A stretch of 64,000 nucleotides of DNA from Candidatus Magasanikiibacteriota bacterium. Lineage in GTDB: Bacteria > Patescibacteriota > Patescibacteriia > Magasanikbacterales > GWA2-37-8. The DNA lies in the NCBI GenBank assembly GCA_026396515.1, contig JAPLWQ010000003.1, forward strand, positions 99,569-163,568. Direction: 5' to 3'. A program made the position numbers and the translations under genes. Shown in pieces: positions 8,354 to 18,877 of the stretch; the first letter of the stretch is position 1, and each line of letters begins with the position of its first letter. Below the pieces are notes generated by a model, which was not told the DNA's origin, did not search any database, and saw only the letters and a list, made by a program, of their open reading frames with translations.

Positions 8354-10609
8354 ATGCCAGAAGGACCATTTATGCGCGTCGAAGATGTTAATTTTGGTGA
8401 AGTGCCGATGGAAGCGCCGATGGAAAATGGAAAGGAAAAAAAAGGTGAGTTTATTGATATCCGCAAAGAAGAAGTAAAAGTGCTTGGTGTTTCTTTGGAG
8501 CGAAATGCGGAAGCCGGGCCTCGCGTGCCTAAAGCGGACAAGTTTGCCGATTTTTCTGAAGATACTTTTTCACTGGATGTTCTTCAGAGAGTAGCAAAAT
8601 CCGTTTCGCTTGACCATCCGCTTTTGCTTGAAGGCGAGGCGGCGGCGGGCAAATCGTACACGATAGAATACTTGGCGCATCTATGCAATCAGGAAGTATA
8701 TAGAATGTCGCTCAACGGGCAAACCGATACCACGGATTTAATCGGTAAATGGGTGCCGCGCAGTGCCACACTGCGAAAAAGAATTGAAGATTTACTGAAG
8801 CATCCGGAAAAATGCCAGAGTGATGTTGTCAGAAGAATTATCGAATCACGCGTCGGTATCACAAGCGCTGAAAAAATGGGCATGAAAGAAATAGCGCCGG
8901 AAAAATTTGAAGAAGAAAATGCTAAGTTCGGCTTGAACAGAGAAGAAATGGAAATGGTCGCTACGCTGGAAGGGGTAGATGTACCGGAAGGTGATTGGGC
9001 GTGGCAAGACGGTGATATTCCAAAACAAATGGAATCAGGAGCGTGGTCCGTGCTCGATGAGGTTAATACTTGCGAGCCGCAAATTTTAGTCCGCCTGAAT
9101 GCTCTGCTTGAGAAAAATGGACAACTTGTTCTATCAGAAGACGGGTCGCGCGTAGTAAATCGCCACCCTGGTTTTCGTTTGTTTGCCACAGTCAACCCGC
9201 CGGGCGGCAGATATAAGGGGCGTATACCACTTTCTCAGGAATGGATTTCCCGGTGGAATTATCAGAATATCGGCGTTCTCCCGATGGAAATTAGAGCCAA
9301 GCGTTTAATGAAAGCTGCCGGTGTTGAAGCTGAACCGGTAAACATCAAAGACAAACTTCGGGTAATCAGGCCGGAAAAATCGGCTGGTGTTCCGGCGGTT
9401 GAAGGCAATCGCTTAGCCGATTATTATGAGCCGTCGTGGGTGAAAGATTTGTTTACCAAATACGGCGTATTCGCCGAGAAAGCCGCGCAAATGCTGGAAA
9501 GCGCCGAATTTGCAAAAGATCAGCTGCAAAAATTTGATGTTGATTCGCGCGATGATTGGCGATTTTTTGAGTATCTTAACCGTTTCCGCGAATCCGGCAA
9601 AATGACGCAGGTAATAAAAGAAGCTTTGGAATATTGCATTGTCAATAAATGCCAGAAAGAAATTGACCGCAAAAAATTACGCGACCTGATAGCCCTAATT
9701 AAGGTGTCGGAGCCAAAAGAAATTTTGAAAAATAGAACAGCAGAAAATCAGATGCACCTGCAAGCGGCAAAGAACAAAGCTCTTCGGCAAAGCATACCGG
9801 AGGGACATAGAAAAATCATAACCGGTGAGACGGAAAAAAATCCGATGATTTCGGCTGAAAATCCTGACGGAGAAACGATTATGATTGATATAGCCGATAC
9901 GATCAGAAGTTTTAAGGAGAATTTTAGGGATGGATACTTATTGCCCGAGTTTAGTGATGGTTTGCCGGACGAAATTAGCATGAGTGAAAAAGTGAAAAGT
10001 TTATGCCAGGATGTGATTGCCATGGGGCTAGACCAGGTAGCGGTTATGCCGGGTTTAAAAGTGCAGAATAAAGTTAAACGAAGCCGGTTGATGCAGAGTT
10101 TCGGTGAGCCGGTCACAAAAATTCTTACGCCTCTCGGTCTCGGAGACGGCGAAATGTATGGAGAAAAGCCGTTTATGGACCCCAAGTTTGGCAGTAAGGA
10201 GATACTTGTTCAGGAAAACCCTGACAATCCGTCTCGGAATAATTCTGATGGTTATTTAGTTTTTTATTCAAACAAGCCGTTGTTTAAACAGAGTAAAAAT
10301 CTCAACATCTCAGAAGCGAGAAAATATTTGTTTGAAATTGGCCAGTGCGGTTTAACAATGAACGATTATTTAGTGATTCAGCGTGCGGAGCTTGAGAAGA
10401 ACGGCGACCATCGGTTTGATACATTTTCAAAAAAGGCCGAAGATTCGCAGGAGACATATTTGGCAGATATGACGACAGGGGATGGTTCGGCGGTAAGCGC
10501 ACGATGGAACCCCAGAGACAAACGTATTGGTTTTTATGCCCACAAAGTCACGGAAAAAAATGAGGCTTGTGGAACGCTGGGCGTGGTAATAATACCGCTA
10601 AATACTTAA
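8354..10609 (+). CDS. MoxR/midasin-like AAA+ ATPase with long C-terminal extension
   Basis: Walker A GEAAAGKS, 'SLNGQTDTTDLIG', Walker B VLDEVN, 'FRLFATVNP..YKGR..LS..W.SR'. Confidence 0.85.
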   Translation: MPEGPFMRVEDVNFGEVPMEAPMENGKEKKGEFIDIRKEEVKVLGVSLERNAEAGPRVPKADKFADFSEDTFSLDVLQRVAKSVSLDHPLLLEGEAAAGKSYTIEYLAHLCNQEVYRMSLNGQTDTTDLIGKWVPRSATLRKRIEDLLKHPEKCQSDVVRRIIESRVGITSAEKMGMKEIAPEKFEEENAKFGLNREEMEMVATLEGVDVPEGDWAWQDGDIPKQMESGAWSVLDEVNTCEPQILVRLNALLEKNGQLVLSEDGSRVVNRHPGFRLFATVNPPGGRYKGRIPLSQEWISRWNYQNIGVLPMEIRAKRLMKAAGVEAEPVNIKDKLRVIRPEKSAGVPAVEGNRLADYYEPSWVKDLFTKYGVFAEKAAQMLESAEFAKDQLQKFDVDSRDDWRFFEYLNRFRESGKMTQVIKEALEYCIVNKCQKEIDRKKLRDLIALIKVSEPKEILKNRTAENQMHLQAAKNKALRQSIPEGHRKIITGETEKNPMISAENPDGETIMIDIADTIRSFKENFRDGYLLPEFSDGLPDEISMSEKVKSLCQDVIAMGLDQVAVMPGLKVQNKVKRSRLMQSFGEPVTKILTPLGLGDGEMYGEKPFMDPKFGSKEILVQENPDNPSRNNSDGYLVFYSNKPLFKQSKNLNISEARKYLFEIGQCGLTMNDYLVIQRAELEKNGDHRFDTFSKKAEDSQETYLADMTTGDGSAVSARWNPRDKRIGFYAHKVTEKNEACGTLGVVIIPLNT

Positions 10610-10612
10610 ATT

Positions 10613-12625
10613 ATGGCCCGGTTTGTCGAGTCGTTTTCAGGCCGACAATTCAGCAAGTCAGATTCTTCCGATACTGGCGCTTCCGTAAATGAAGAAGCGG
10701 GTGTTGGTGTAAAAGAAATCGAAGAAACAAAGCCGGAGATAACCGCGGAAGAATATGCCGAGCGCGTGGAGCGTTTGCGGTCACTCGGCCGGGTAATTGG
10801 TTCTGATTTTGCCATGCGCGTGGAAGTCGGCAAAGAGCGCGGCTGGCGTTATAAATTCAAACCGGTGAATACAATTGAAGCCGATCCGGTAGATATTGCC
10901 GAAAAAAGCGTTGAATACTGTCTTGGCATTATAGCGCATGAGGGCGCGCACCGGGCTATATCCCGCACTGATTTTATTCCAAAAAAAGTCTGGCAAGAAA
11001 GCGGCTTTTCTTTTTTAATGAATGCGGTTGAAGATCCGAGAGTGAATAATTGGGTTGGTGAAAAATATGAAGGAGCGAAGGACTGGTTGAAGATGTCTTA
11101 TGATGAAGATATGGCGCCGGAAGATATGGTGGACAAACGAGCAAAAGAAAAGCTTGGTTACACGCCAAAGCACATTCGGTTTGGTCTGGAAATTATCAGG
11201 CGCTGGCACACCGGCGAGTTTTCTGCAGATGTGCCGGAAGATATACGGGAAGTACTGGATACCACGTTTAATTACGCCAAAGCCGCGTACAATTCATTGC
11301 CGGCGAGTAAAGCGGAAGAAAATGAAATAACCGACAAGGCGAAGATGGTCTACCGCATTGTTTATTCAAAGATTTGGCCGGAATACAAGAAGCTGGTTGA
11401 TAAATCAATTGATGAAGAAACATTACGCCAGATTTTGAAAGATATGATGGAAGGCGGGCAGATGGAGGGTGGTGAGCCGGGAGAGAAAGGGTCCGGCGAT
11501 GAATTAAGCGAAGAAATAAAAAAGAAAATTAAAGAAATACTTGACTCAATGACCGAAGAGGAAAAAAGGAAGTTGCTTGAAGGAGCGAAAGCGAAAGCGA
11601 AAGCAATACTCGATGAACTGGATACCGAGCTTGGAAAAGAGCTGCGCGGCCATATGGCTGATCAGCCTGAGACAAGTACTGAAGAGAGCAAGCGAATGGA
11701 GGCGGAAGACGCGGAAAGAAGAGCTCGTGCAAAAATTGAGGCGGAGGCCGGGGCACTTAGAGAACAGTTGGAACAGGCAAGGGAGAAAAATAAGAATGCT
11801 TATGACCGGGCTTTTGAGGAGGTAAAACCTTATATTGATAAGGTGGCTGAGGATATCATGAATATATTTATCGCCAAGAGGCATCCGCAGTTTAAGAAGA
11901 GCTTTCCCGGGCAAAAACTCCGCCTTAAGGGTGCTATGGCCTATGAATCAAGCGACAACTATCGTGATTTATTTGAACGGCGGTTGAATGCGGAAAGAAA
12001 AAGTTTATCGTTTTTTCTTTTGGTAGATTTGTCAGGCTCTATGTCAGGTGAAAAGATTGCCGAAACATTTAAAGGGGCCGTATTATTTGCTGAGGCGCTT
12101 AACAGAGTGAGTGAAACAATGGGCTCGGTTAAGGTCGCCATATATGGTTTTCAGGATACACTAATAAAATATAAAGAATTTGGCGAAAAAATGGATGATG
12201 ATTTGCGTCAGGCAATGAGCGTGATGCCGCGTGAAACGGAGAATCGCGGAGTACACAATGGCGCATCATACAATAGCGACGGATATTGTGTAGAAAAATC
12301 GGCCGAAATTTTAAATCAGCAACAAACAACCGGTAAGTTCTTGTTTGTCTTATCCGACGGCCAGCCTGCGCCCGACGGCGCACATCGTGCAGTCAAAGTA
12401 CAATATAATGAGTATGATCCCTCTGCCGAGCTTAGGGCAGTTGTTGCTCAAATATCCAAAGAAGGAAATATACACGTATTGGGCGTAGGCCTTGGCCCGC
12501 ATACCGAACATGTGAGTGATTATTATAGGTCGGATTTGGCACACGTAGATAATATTCCGAGTGTTGACGTAGACAAGCTGTCCCGGGTTCTCGGTGATAA
12601 ATTGGAACAATTGGTAATCAAATAA
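10613..12625 (+). CDS. vWA-domain protein with N-terminal HExxH metallopeptidase-like domain (CobT/NorD-like MoxR partner)
   Basis: AHEGAH plus NAVEDPRV; acidic coiled-coil linker; MIDAS LVDLSGSM and VLSDG. Confidence 0.85.
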   Translation: MARFVESFSGRQFSKSDSSDTGASVNEEAGVGVKEIEETKPEITAEEYAERVERLRSLGRVIGSDFAMRVEVGKERGWRYKFKPVNTIEADPVDIAEKSVEYCLGIIAHEGAHRAISRTDFIPKKVWQESGFSFLMNAVEDPRVNNWVGEKYEGAKDWLKMSYDEDMAPEDMVDKRAKEKLGYTPKHIRFGLEIIRRWHTGEFSADVPEDIREVLDTTFNYAKAAYNSLPASKAEENEITDKAKMVYRIVYSKIWPEYKKLVDKSIDEETLRQILKDMMEGGQMEGGEPGEKGSGDELSEEIKKKIKEILDSMTEEEKRKLLEGAKAKAKAILDELDTELGKELRGHMADQPETSTEESKRMEAEDAERRARAKIEAEAGALREQLEQAREKNKNAYDRAFEEVKPYIDKVAEDIMNIFIAKRHPQFKKSFPGQKLRLKGAMAYESSDNYRDLFERRLNAERKSLSFFLLVDLSGSMSGEKIAETFKGAVLFAEALNRVSETMGSVKVAIYGFQDTLIKYKEFGEKMDDDLRQAMSVMPRETENRGVHNGASYNSDGYCVEKSAEILNQQQTTGKFLFVLSDGQPAPDGAHRAVKVQYNEYDPSAELRAVVAQISKEGNIHVLGVGLGPHTEHVSDYYRSDLAHVDNIPSVDVDKLSRVLGDKLEQLVIK

Positions 12626-12641
12626 TTATTAATAAATATTT

Positions 12642-13094
12642 ATGATATCAGAAAAAAATATTGCCAAGGTGAAGAAATTTATCGACGTTGTCTCTGATAT
12701 GCAATTTGGGCCGGGTAAGCAAATCGGTTTGTTGATATTGAAGAAGGAAGAGACGAAAGATATCAGTATTCTCGCGCCCAACAGCAATATTACGACTGTC
12801 CTGGAACTCTCTAAAGATGGCGACGCTGATGAGGTGATTGGATATTTAGCCGACGCAGTGAAAAGCGGCCGTCTTATTTTTATCCGGCTCCATGATTATC
12901 TTGACCCGAAAATATACAACCAGTTATTTCTCTTATCAAAGAATAGCCGGATGGAATATCCGAAGCTGGAAGAGAGAATTTTTGTGGACGCCGCCCCCGA
13001 AACAACGATAATTGTCATAACTACCGACAATGAACTGAATAAATTGAATTACACAAATATTCTCGATTTGTCCGGCTTGGTGGAGCGCCTCTAA
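12642..13094 (+). CDS. Hypothetical protein, possibly a degenerate AAA+ domain
   Basis: 150 aa ORF co-oriented with the MoxR/vWA genes; pattern resembles the AAA+ Walker B region without DE. Confidence 0.55.
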   Translation: MISEKNIAKVKKFIDVVSDMQFGPGKQIGLLILKKEETKDISILAPNSNITTVLELSKDGDADEVIGYLADAVKSGRLIFIRLHDYLDPKIYNQLFLLSKNSRMEYPKLEERIFVDAAPETTIIVITTDNELNKLNYTNILDLSGLVERL

Positions 13095-13098
13095 TAAT

Positions 13099-14214
13099 AT
13101 GACGATTGGCATTGAAGCATCGCACGCGAACAAAGATAAGCGAACCGGAGTTGACGAGTACTCATGGCAGATTATTAATCATCTTAAAAAAATCATTCCC
13201 GCCGAAGTGCGGGTGATTTTATATAGCCAGACGCCGCTCATCGGGGAACTCGCCGACTTGCCGCCGAACTGGCAATCGCGTGTTTTGCCCTGGCCATGGA
13301 AGCTATGGAGCCAAATTTGTCTGTCTCATGAACTTTGGCGGAATATGCCGGATGTATTTTTTGCTCCGGGACAATTGGTACCGGCGATTACGCCGAAAAA
13401 TACGGTGACCACCGTGCATGACAGCGCTTTTAAGGTTTACCCCAAAGCATACCGCTTTTTTAGCCGTTTATATTTGTGTCTGATGAATAAAATGGTACTA
13501 AGGAAATCCCGGATTATTTTGACTCCGTCCGACTTCAGTCGGCGCGAACTCAAACGTCTATATGATTTTGATACGAACCGCGTCTCGGTTACGCCACTCG
13601 GATATAACCGCGCTATTTACCGTAAGATACAAATAAATTTTGAAGAAAAGAATAAGGTGTTAAAAAATATTGGTATTACCAAGCCGTTTTTTATTTTTGT
13701 CGGCCGGCTTGAACAAAAAAAGAACGTGGCGAACATTGTCCGCGCATTTGATGTAATAAAAAAGCAGTATGATTGCGCGCTGGTAATGGTTGGTACGCCC
13801 GGCTGTGGTTACAAAGAAGTGGAAAAGACGATCGAGGAAAGTCAGAACAAAAGCGATATTATTTTGACCGGCTGGCTAGATTCAGAGACAGTCGCCAAGT
13901 TGTACAACCTGGCTGAAGCCATGATTTTTACCACTAATTATGAAGGGTTCGGTTTGCCGGCGCTTGAAGCAATGGCTTCGTGCTGTCCGGTTGTTGTTTC
14001 AAAAGGGAACAGCCTGGAAGAAGTGGTGGGCGATGCCGCCTTGGTAGCCGATCCGAAGTCTCCGGATGATATCGCATCCGCCGCATTGTTGCTAATCTCA
14101 AATCGTGATTTGCGAAACAGTAAAATTTTGGCCGGTATGGCCAGAACAGAGCTATTTTCCTGGGAAAACACAGCTAAACTTACTTGGCAGGCCTTGCGGG
14201 AAGCGGGGATATAA
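13099..14214 (+). CDS. GT4-family glycosyltransferase
   Basis: TTVHD, FVGRLEQKKN, YEGFGLPALEAMAS motifs. Confidence 0.9.
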   Translation: MTIGIEASHANKDKRTGVDEYSWQIINHLKKIIPAEVRVILYSQTPLIGELADLPPNWQSRVLPWPWKLWSQICLSHELWRNMPDVFFAPGQLVPAITPKNTVTTVHDSAFKVYPKAYRFFSRLYLCLMNKMVLRKSRIILTPSDFSRRELKRLYDFDTNRVSVTPLGYNRAIYRKIQINFEEKNKVLKNIGITKPFFIFVGRLEQKKNVANIVRAFDVIKKQYDCALVMVGTPGCGYKEVEKTIEESQNKSDIILTGWLDSETVAKLYNLAEAMIFTTNYEGFGLPALEAMASCCPVVVSKGNSLEEVVGDAALVADPKSPDDIASAALLLISNRDLRNSKILAGMARTELFSWENTAKLTWQALREAGI

Positions 14215-14271
14215 GCTAATATAATGAAAGCAAACGCGTAAGGGGGGACTATTTTATATTACCCATTATTC

Positions 14272-15183
14272 ATGATTATCGGCCACCAAAAAAATCTGCA
14301 GTTTCTGACCTGCGCGCTTGAAAATGAAAAGTTAGCTCATGCTTATTGTTTTTCCGGTCCTGACCAGGTGGGGAAACGTACAGTGGCAAAATATATTGCC
14401 GCGAAAGCATTGAATACGGAGTCGGAAAAACTGGGGGTCCACGCCGATTATTTGTATATTGAACGCGCCGTAGAAGAAAAGACTGGTAAATTAAAGAAAG
14501 ATATTATCGTTAGTCAGGCGAAAATAATAGGTAATTTTCTTCAAAACAGATCCTGGCTGGGCGGGAAAAAGATTGTCATAATTGATGAAGCGGAGAAAAT
14601 AAATATTGAAGCGGCCAATGCCCTTTTAAAAACTCTGGAGGAATCAGCGGAAAACAGCCTGATAATATTACTTACGGAAAATGACAGGAATTTGCCGGCG
14701 ACTGTTCTTTCCCGTTGTCAGCAGCTAAATTTTTCTCTTGTTCCGGAAGCTGAAATTGCCGAAGCATTAATACAATCCGGAAATGTTCCGGAAACAGTTA
14801 AACTTGCGGCCGAGGCATCATGGGGTAGGCCGGGCCGGGCAGTGGAGCTTTTAAATGATAAGGAAAAAATGAGTGAATACGTTTCAGAGATCGACCGCTT
14901 GGAAAAAATTATCGGTCGGCCATTTTTCGAAAAAATATCGGCGACCGAAGATCTTTTTGGAGACAAGGAAGATGCTGTGCGCGGACGTGATAAATTAAAA
15001 AATATTTTGGATCTTTGGACAATGCTTTGGCGTGGCGTTTTCTCCGGCAACACCGTAGCGGGCAAATATTTTTCACCGGGTCAGACGTTGAAAATCATCG
15101 ATGAAATAAAAAACGCGCGGGAACTGCTTACCCGCAATATCCACCCGCGCTTATTAATTGAAAGAATTTTATTAATAATTTAA
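14272..15183 (+). CDS. holB: DNA polymerase III subunit delta'
   Basis: IIGHQ, AHAYCFSGPDQVGK, IIDEAEK, AANALLKTLEE, LPATVLSRCQ. Confidence 0.88.
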   Translation: MIIGHQKNLQFLTCALENEKLAHAYCFSGPDQVGKRTVAKYIAAKALNTESEKLGVHADYLYIERAVEEKTGKLKKDIIVSQAKIIGNFLQNRSWLGGKKIVIIDEAEKINIEAANALLKTLEESAENSLIILLTENDRNLPATVLSRCQQLNFSLVPEAEIAEALIQSGNVPETVKLAAEASWGRPGRAVELLNDKEKMSEYVSEIDRLEKIIGRPFFEKISATEDLFGDKEDAVRGRDKLKNILDLWTMLWRGVFSGNTVAGKYFSPGQTLKIIDEIKNARELLTRNIHPRLLIERILLII

Positions 15184-15186
15184 TTT

Positions 15187-16266
15187 ATGTCTAAAAAAAT
15201 TCTCGTTTTCCTGTTGCTCGCGGTTTTTGTTTTCACCGGTGCCAGCTGTATCACCACCAAAAAAGCCACCGAAACCGGGCCGATGGGCGTATTTAAGTCA
15301 ATCGATCGCGGGGAGAAATGGACTCCGGCCATGGCAGTGCCCACGGCACAGGGGGTAAAAAGCCTTAGCACAGTGAAGGTCTATCGCATGTTTGATGACC
15401 CGAGCGACCCGAATGCCTATTATCTGGCCAGCCGCGGGCAGGGTCTATATTATACTTATGATAATGGCGATTCATGGGCGGCTGTTCCGTTTTTCAGCGG
15501 AAAATTTGTTTATACTGCCGCTGTTGATCCGGCCGATAAATGTACTATCTACGCGAGTGATGGCGCTCACATATATAAATCAGAGGATTGCGCACGCACC
15601 TGGAACTTAATGTTTACAGAAGAGCGTTCAGGAGAAAGATTATCTTCAATAGATATTGATTCGTCAGACGGTTCAATTTATGGCGCTGAAATAGGCGGTG
15701 ATCTTTTGGTAAGCCGAGATGCCGGCCGCAGCTGGCAGGTTATCAAGCGTTTTACTTTTGCGTTGCAAGATGTTTTTGTTGACAAGCAGGTGCCCGGCCG
15801 CATATACGTCGCTTCACAGCGAACTCATCTGTATCGATCCGATGATGCCGCCGCCACCTGGACCGATTTGCGCGAGGGCTTCAAAAAGTTCAATGACAGC
15901 AAAGTGTATTATCGCTTGTCTGTCAGCAAAAGCCAAAAAGATACAATTTATTGGATCAGCAAGTACGGCATATTACGTTCCGTCGATGCCGGAGCCACTT
16001 GGACGGAATTAAAATTATTAACGCCTCCAGGAGCCGTCACGATTTACGGTTTCGCCGTGAATGAAAAAAACCCGAATGAAATCTATTATACCGGCACGAT
16101 TCTTGGAGAAGGCAGCAGCCATGTGCGTTCAACCTTTTATAAAAGCGTCGACGGCGGCGCCACTTGGGTGACGCAAAAATTGCCGACTAATACCATCCCG
16201 GTCGTAATCAAAATTCATCCGGTGGATGACGCTACGCTGCTAATGGGTTTTGCCCTGCTGAATTAA
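15187..16266 (+). CDS. BNR/Asp-box repeat beta-propeller lipoprotein
   Basis: Lipobox-like FTGASC; repeated S.D.G.TW Asp-boxes. Confidence 0.8.
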   Translation: MSKKILVFLLLAVFVFTGASCITTKKATETGPMGVFKSIDRGEKWTPAMAVPTAQGVKSLSTVKVYRMFDDPSDPNAYYLASRGQGLYYTYDNGDSWAAVPFFSGKFVYTAAVDPADKCTIYASDGAHIYKSEDCARTWNLMFTEERSGERLSSIDIDSSDGSIYGAEIGGDLLVSRDAGRSWQVIKRFTFALQDVFVDKQVPGRIYVASQRTHLYRSDDAAATWTDLREGFKKFNDSKVYYRLSVSKSQKDTIYWISKYGILRSVDAGATWTELKLLTPPGAVTIYGFAVNEKNPNEIYYTGTILGEGSSHVRSTFYKSVDGGATWVTQKLPTNTIPVVIKIHPVDDATLLMGFALLN

Positions 16267-16302
16267 TTTCTCTATTAAATTCCGCAAAAATTAATCTTTA
16301 CT

Positions 16303-16851
16303 ATGAATATTAATGAGCACAAAGAAGATTTTAACAAGGCAATTGATTTTTTGAAGCAGGATATTGCCGGGCTGCGCACTGGCCGCGCTTCCACCGCCAT
16401 GGTTGAAGATATTCATGTTGAGGCCTATGGCACGCGCCAGCCGTTGAAAGCGGTGGCCAGTATTTCCGTGGCTGATCCAAAAACATTAAATGTTGAGCCG
16501 TGGGACAAGAGCCTAATGTCGGCGGTAGAGAAAGGCATCCGCGATTCTGGTTTAGGAATAAATCCGGTAAATGACGGCCGGCTTATCCGGTTAAGCATGC
16601 CTGAATTGACTGTTGAACGCCGGGCGGAACTGACAAAAATATTGCATCAAAAATTGGAAAACGCCCGTATTTCCATCCGTCAGGTGCGTGAAGATGTGCG
16701 GGGGATAATAAATGACGGCGAAACAGAGGGGACAATCACTGAAGACGAAAAATACCGCCTGCAGGAAGAGTTGGATAAATTGGTTAAAGAATTCAACGAG
16801 CAGATTAAAATGGTGGGAGAAAAGAAAGAAGCGGAAATTAGCGGGATATAA
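16303..16851 (+). CDS. frr: Ribosome recycling factor
   Basis: LRTGRAS, EPWDKS, NPVNDG, PELTVERR motifs. Confidence 0.96.
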   Translation: MNINEHKEDFNKAIDFLKQDIAGLRTGRASTAMVEDIHVEAYGTRQPLKAVASISVADPKTLNVEPWDKSLMSAVEKGIRDSGLGINPVNDGRLIRLSMPELTVERRAELTKILHQKLENARISIRQVREDVRGIINDGETEGTITEDEKYRLQEELDKLVKEFNEQIKMVGEKKEAEISGI

Positions 16852-16853
16852 AT

Positions 16854-17501
16854 ATGCAATCAAGGCCTTATAAATTATTATTTGCCGGCGGCGCATGCTT
16901 GTGTCTTGCACTTTTTGTATTTGCGGGCTGCGGTATGCAGAAAAAGATTTCAAAAAATAACGAAGATATATTAAATACGGTTGAACCGCTTAAAGCCGGC
17001 GAGTATATTGAATATGGCAACCCCCAGTATCAGTTCAGCATAAAATATATAGCTTCACTTATTTCCGATTTTTCCAGTCCGGAGTCAAAGCTGATATTAG
17101 GCTTTCCCGAAAGTTTTACCACCGGTACCAATCTGGGAACGGCGCAGATACGCCTGGATATAAACAAAAGAACATGTGCGAATTTTTCCAGCGGCGAAGA
17201 CCAAGCGGTTGGATGGCATTATACCAAAACAACGGCGATCGGCACCGATTTTCCGGAAAAGATTACCGTGAACGGCGCTGAGTTTAGGCGTCTGAAATGC
17301 AGTGATGCGGCCATGTCGCATGTGGCAGATTCGCTTATCTACATTACGGAAAAAGACAGCAACGCTTTTTCGCTCAATCTGTATTTGCTCTCAGCCAATC
17401 CCGAAGTGTATGATGAGAGCATCCGACCTTTAACTTATGACCCGGCTGGAATGGAAAAAATATTTCTGCAGGTCTTATCAAGTTTTAAATTTAAAGAATA
17501 A
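16854..17501 (+). CDS. Hypothetical lipoprotein (PsbP-like fold possible)
   Basis: Signal peptide with FAGC lipobox; 'Y.N..Y.FSIKY' and terminal 'ILSSFKF'-type pattern. Confidence 0.55.
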   Translation: MQSRPYKLLFAGGACLCLALFVFAGCGMQKKISKNNEDILNTVEPLKAGEYIEYGNPQYQFSIKYIASLISDFSSPESKLILGFPESFTTGTNLGTAQIRLDINKRTCANFSSGEDQAVGWHYTKTTAIGTDFPEKITVNGAEFRRLKCSDAAMSHVADSLIYITEKDSNAFSLNLYLLSANPEVYDESIRPLTYDPAGMEKIFLQVLSSFKFKE

Positions 17502-17502
17502 T

Positions 17503-18870
17503 ATGCCCGACCTTGATACAATAGTTTCGCTTTGCAAAAGGAGGGGGTTTGTTTTTCCTGGCTCGGAAATTTACGGCGGCCTGGCAAACAGCTGGGATTA
17601 CGGACCGCTGGGTCATTTGCTCAAACAAAATATTAAAAAAGCCTGGTGGAAATTTTTTGTCGCCGAACGCGATGACATGGTGCCGCTTGATTCGGCGATT
17701 ATTATGAACCCGAAAATTTGGGAAGCGTCCGGCCATTTGGAAAATTTTAGTGATGAACTGGTGGAGTGCAAAGAATGCCACCATCGTTTCCGCGTTGACC
17801 ACCTGCTTGAAGCAAAAGGAATTACCCCAAAGTTTGATAAAGAAGTGGTAAAAAAACCGGTGAAATTATCCTGTCCGGATTGTGATGGCGCGCTTACCGA
17901 ACCAAAGGCCTTCAATCTAATGTTTAAGACATTTCTGGGCACCACCGAAGACAATTCCACCGTGGCCTATCTGCGTCCGGAAACAGCCGGCGGCATGTTT
18001 ACCAATTTTAAAAATATTCAAAACGTTACGCGCCGCAGATTGCCGTTTGGTATCGCCCAAATAGGCAAGTGCTTCCGCAATGAAATTACGCCCGGCAATT
18101 TTATTTTTCGCACCCGCGAATTTGAAATAGGGGAGTTTGAGTATTTTATCAACCCTAAAGGATGGGAAAAGGTTTTTGAGATGTGGCTTAGTGAAATAAA
18201 GCGCTGGTGGAAAGATATTATGCAGGTGAATATGGACAATCTCGTTTGGCATGAAATTCCGGACAGCGAGCTCGCGCACTACAGCAAACGAACAGTGGAT
18301 GTTGAATATAAATATCCGTTTGGTGTTAAGGAGCTGCACGGCATTGCCTATCGCACCGATTTTGATCTGGCGCGCCATGAAAAAGTGAGCGGCCAGGATT
18401 TGCACTACACGGATCCGGAAACGAACGAGAAATTTTTGCCGCATGTGATTGAACCGACTTTTGGAATTGATAGGATGCTGCTTGTCGCTTTGCTTGAAGC
18501 GTATCACGAAGAAGAGGCGCCGACTGCTGAAGAAGGGGAGACGGATAAGCGCGTGGTGATGAAATTTCCCAAACATTTGGCGCCCTACCAGGTGGCCGTT
18601 TTACCGCTTTCTAAGAAGGAAGATCTGGCAAAAGTTTCAAAACCTTTAGCCACTGATTTGCGCAAGCATTTTTCCGTTGATTATGACGAAACGCAAAGCA
18701 TCGGCAAACGCTATCGCCGCGAAGACGAGATCGGCACGCCGTATTGTGTTACGGTTGATTTCGAATCGCTTGAAGACAAAAAAGTGACCGTACGCGACCG
18801 CGATACGATGAAACAAGACAGGGTGGCGATTGAAGAATTAATAAATTATTTAAAAGAAAAATTTATTTAA
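17503..18870 (+). CDS. glyQS: Glycine--tRNA ligase (alpha2 type)
   Basis: LCKRRGF..GSEIYGG, YLRPETA, GKCFRNEITP.NFIFRTREFE, SIGKRYRR.DEIGTP; start at ATG 17503. Confidence 0.96.
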   Translation: MPDLDTIVSLCKRRGFVFPGSEIYGGLANSWDYGPLGHLLKQNIKKAWWKFFVAERDDMVPLDSAIIMNPKIWEASGHLENFSDELVECKECHHRFRVDHLLEAKGITPKFDKEVVKKPVKLSCPDCDGALTEPKAFNLMFKTFLGTTEDNSTVAYLRPETAGGMFTNFKNIQNVTRRRLPFGIAQIGKCFRNEITPGNFIFRTREFEIGEFEYFINPKGWEKVFEMWLSEIKRWWKDIMQVNMDNLVWHEIPDSELAHYSKRTVDVEYKYPFGVKELHGIAYRTDFDLARHEKVSGQDLHYTDPETNEKFLPHVIEPTFGIDRMLLVALLEAYHEEEAPTAEEGETDKRVVMKFPKHLAPYQVAVLPLSKKEDLAKVSKPLATDLRKHFSVDYDETQSIGKRYRREDEIGTPYCVTVDFESLEDKKVTVRDRDTMKQDRVAIEELINYLKEKFI

Positions 18871-18877
18871 TAAATAT

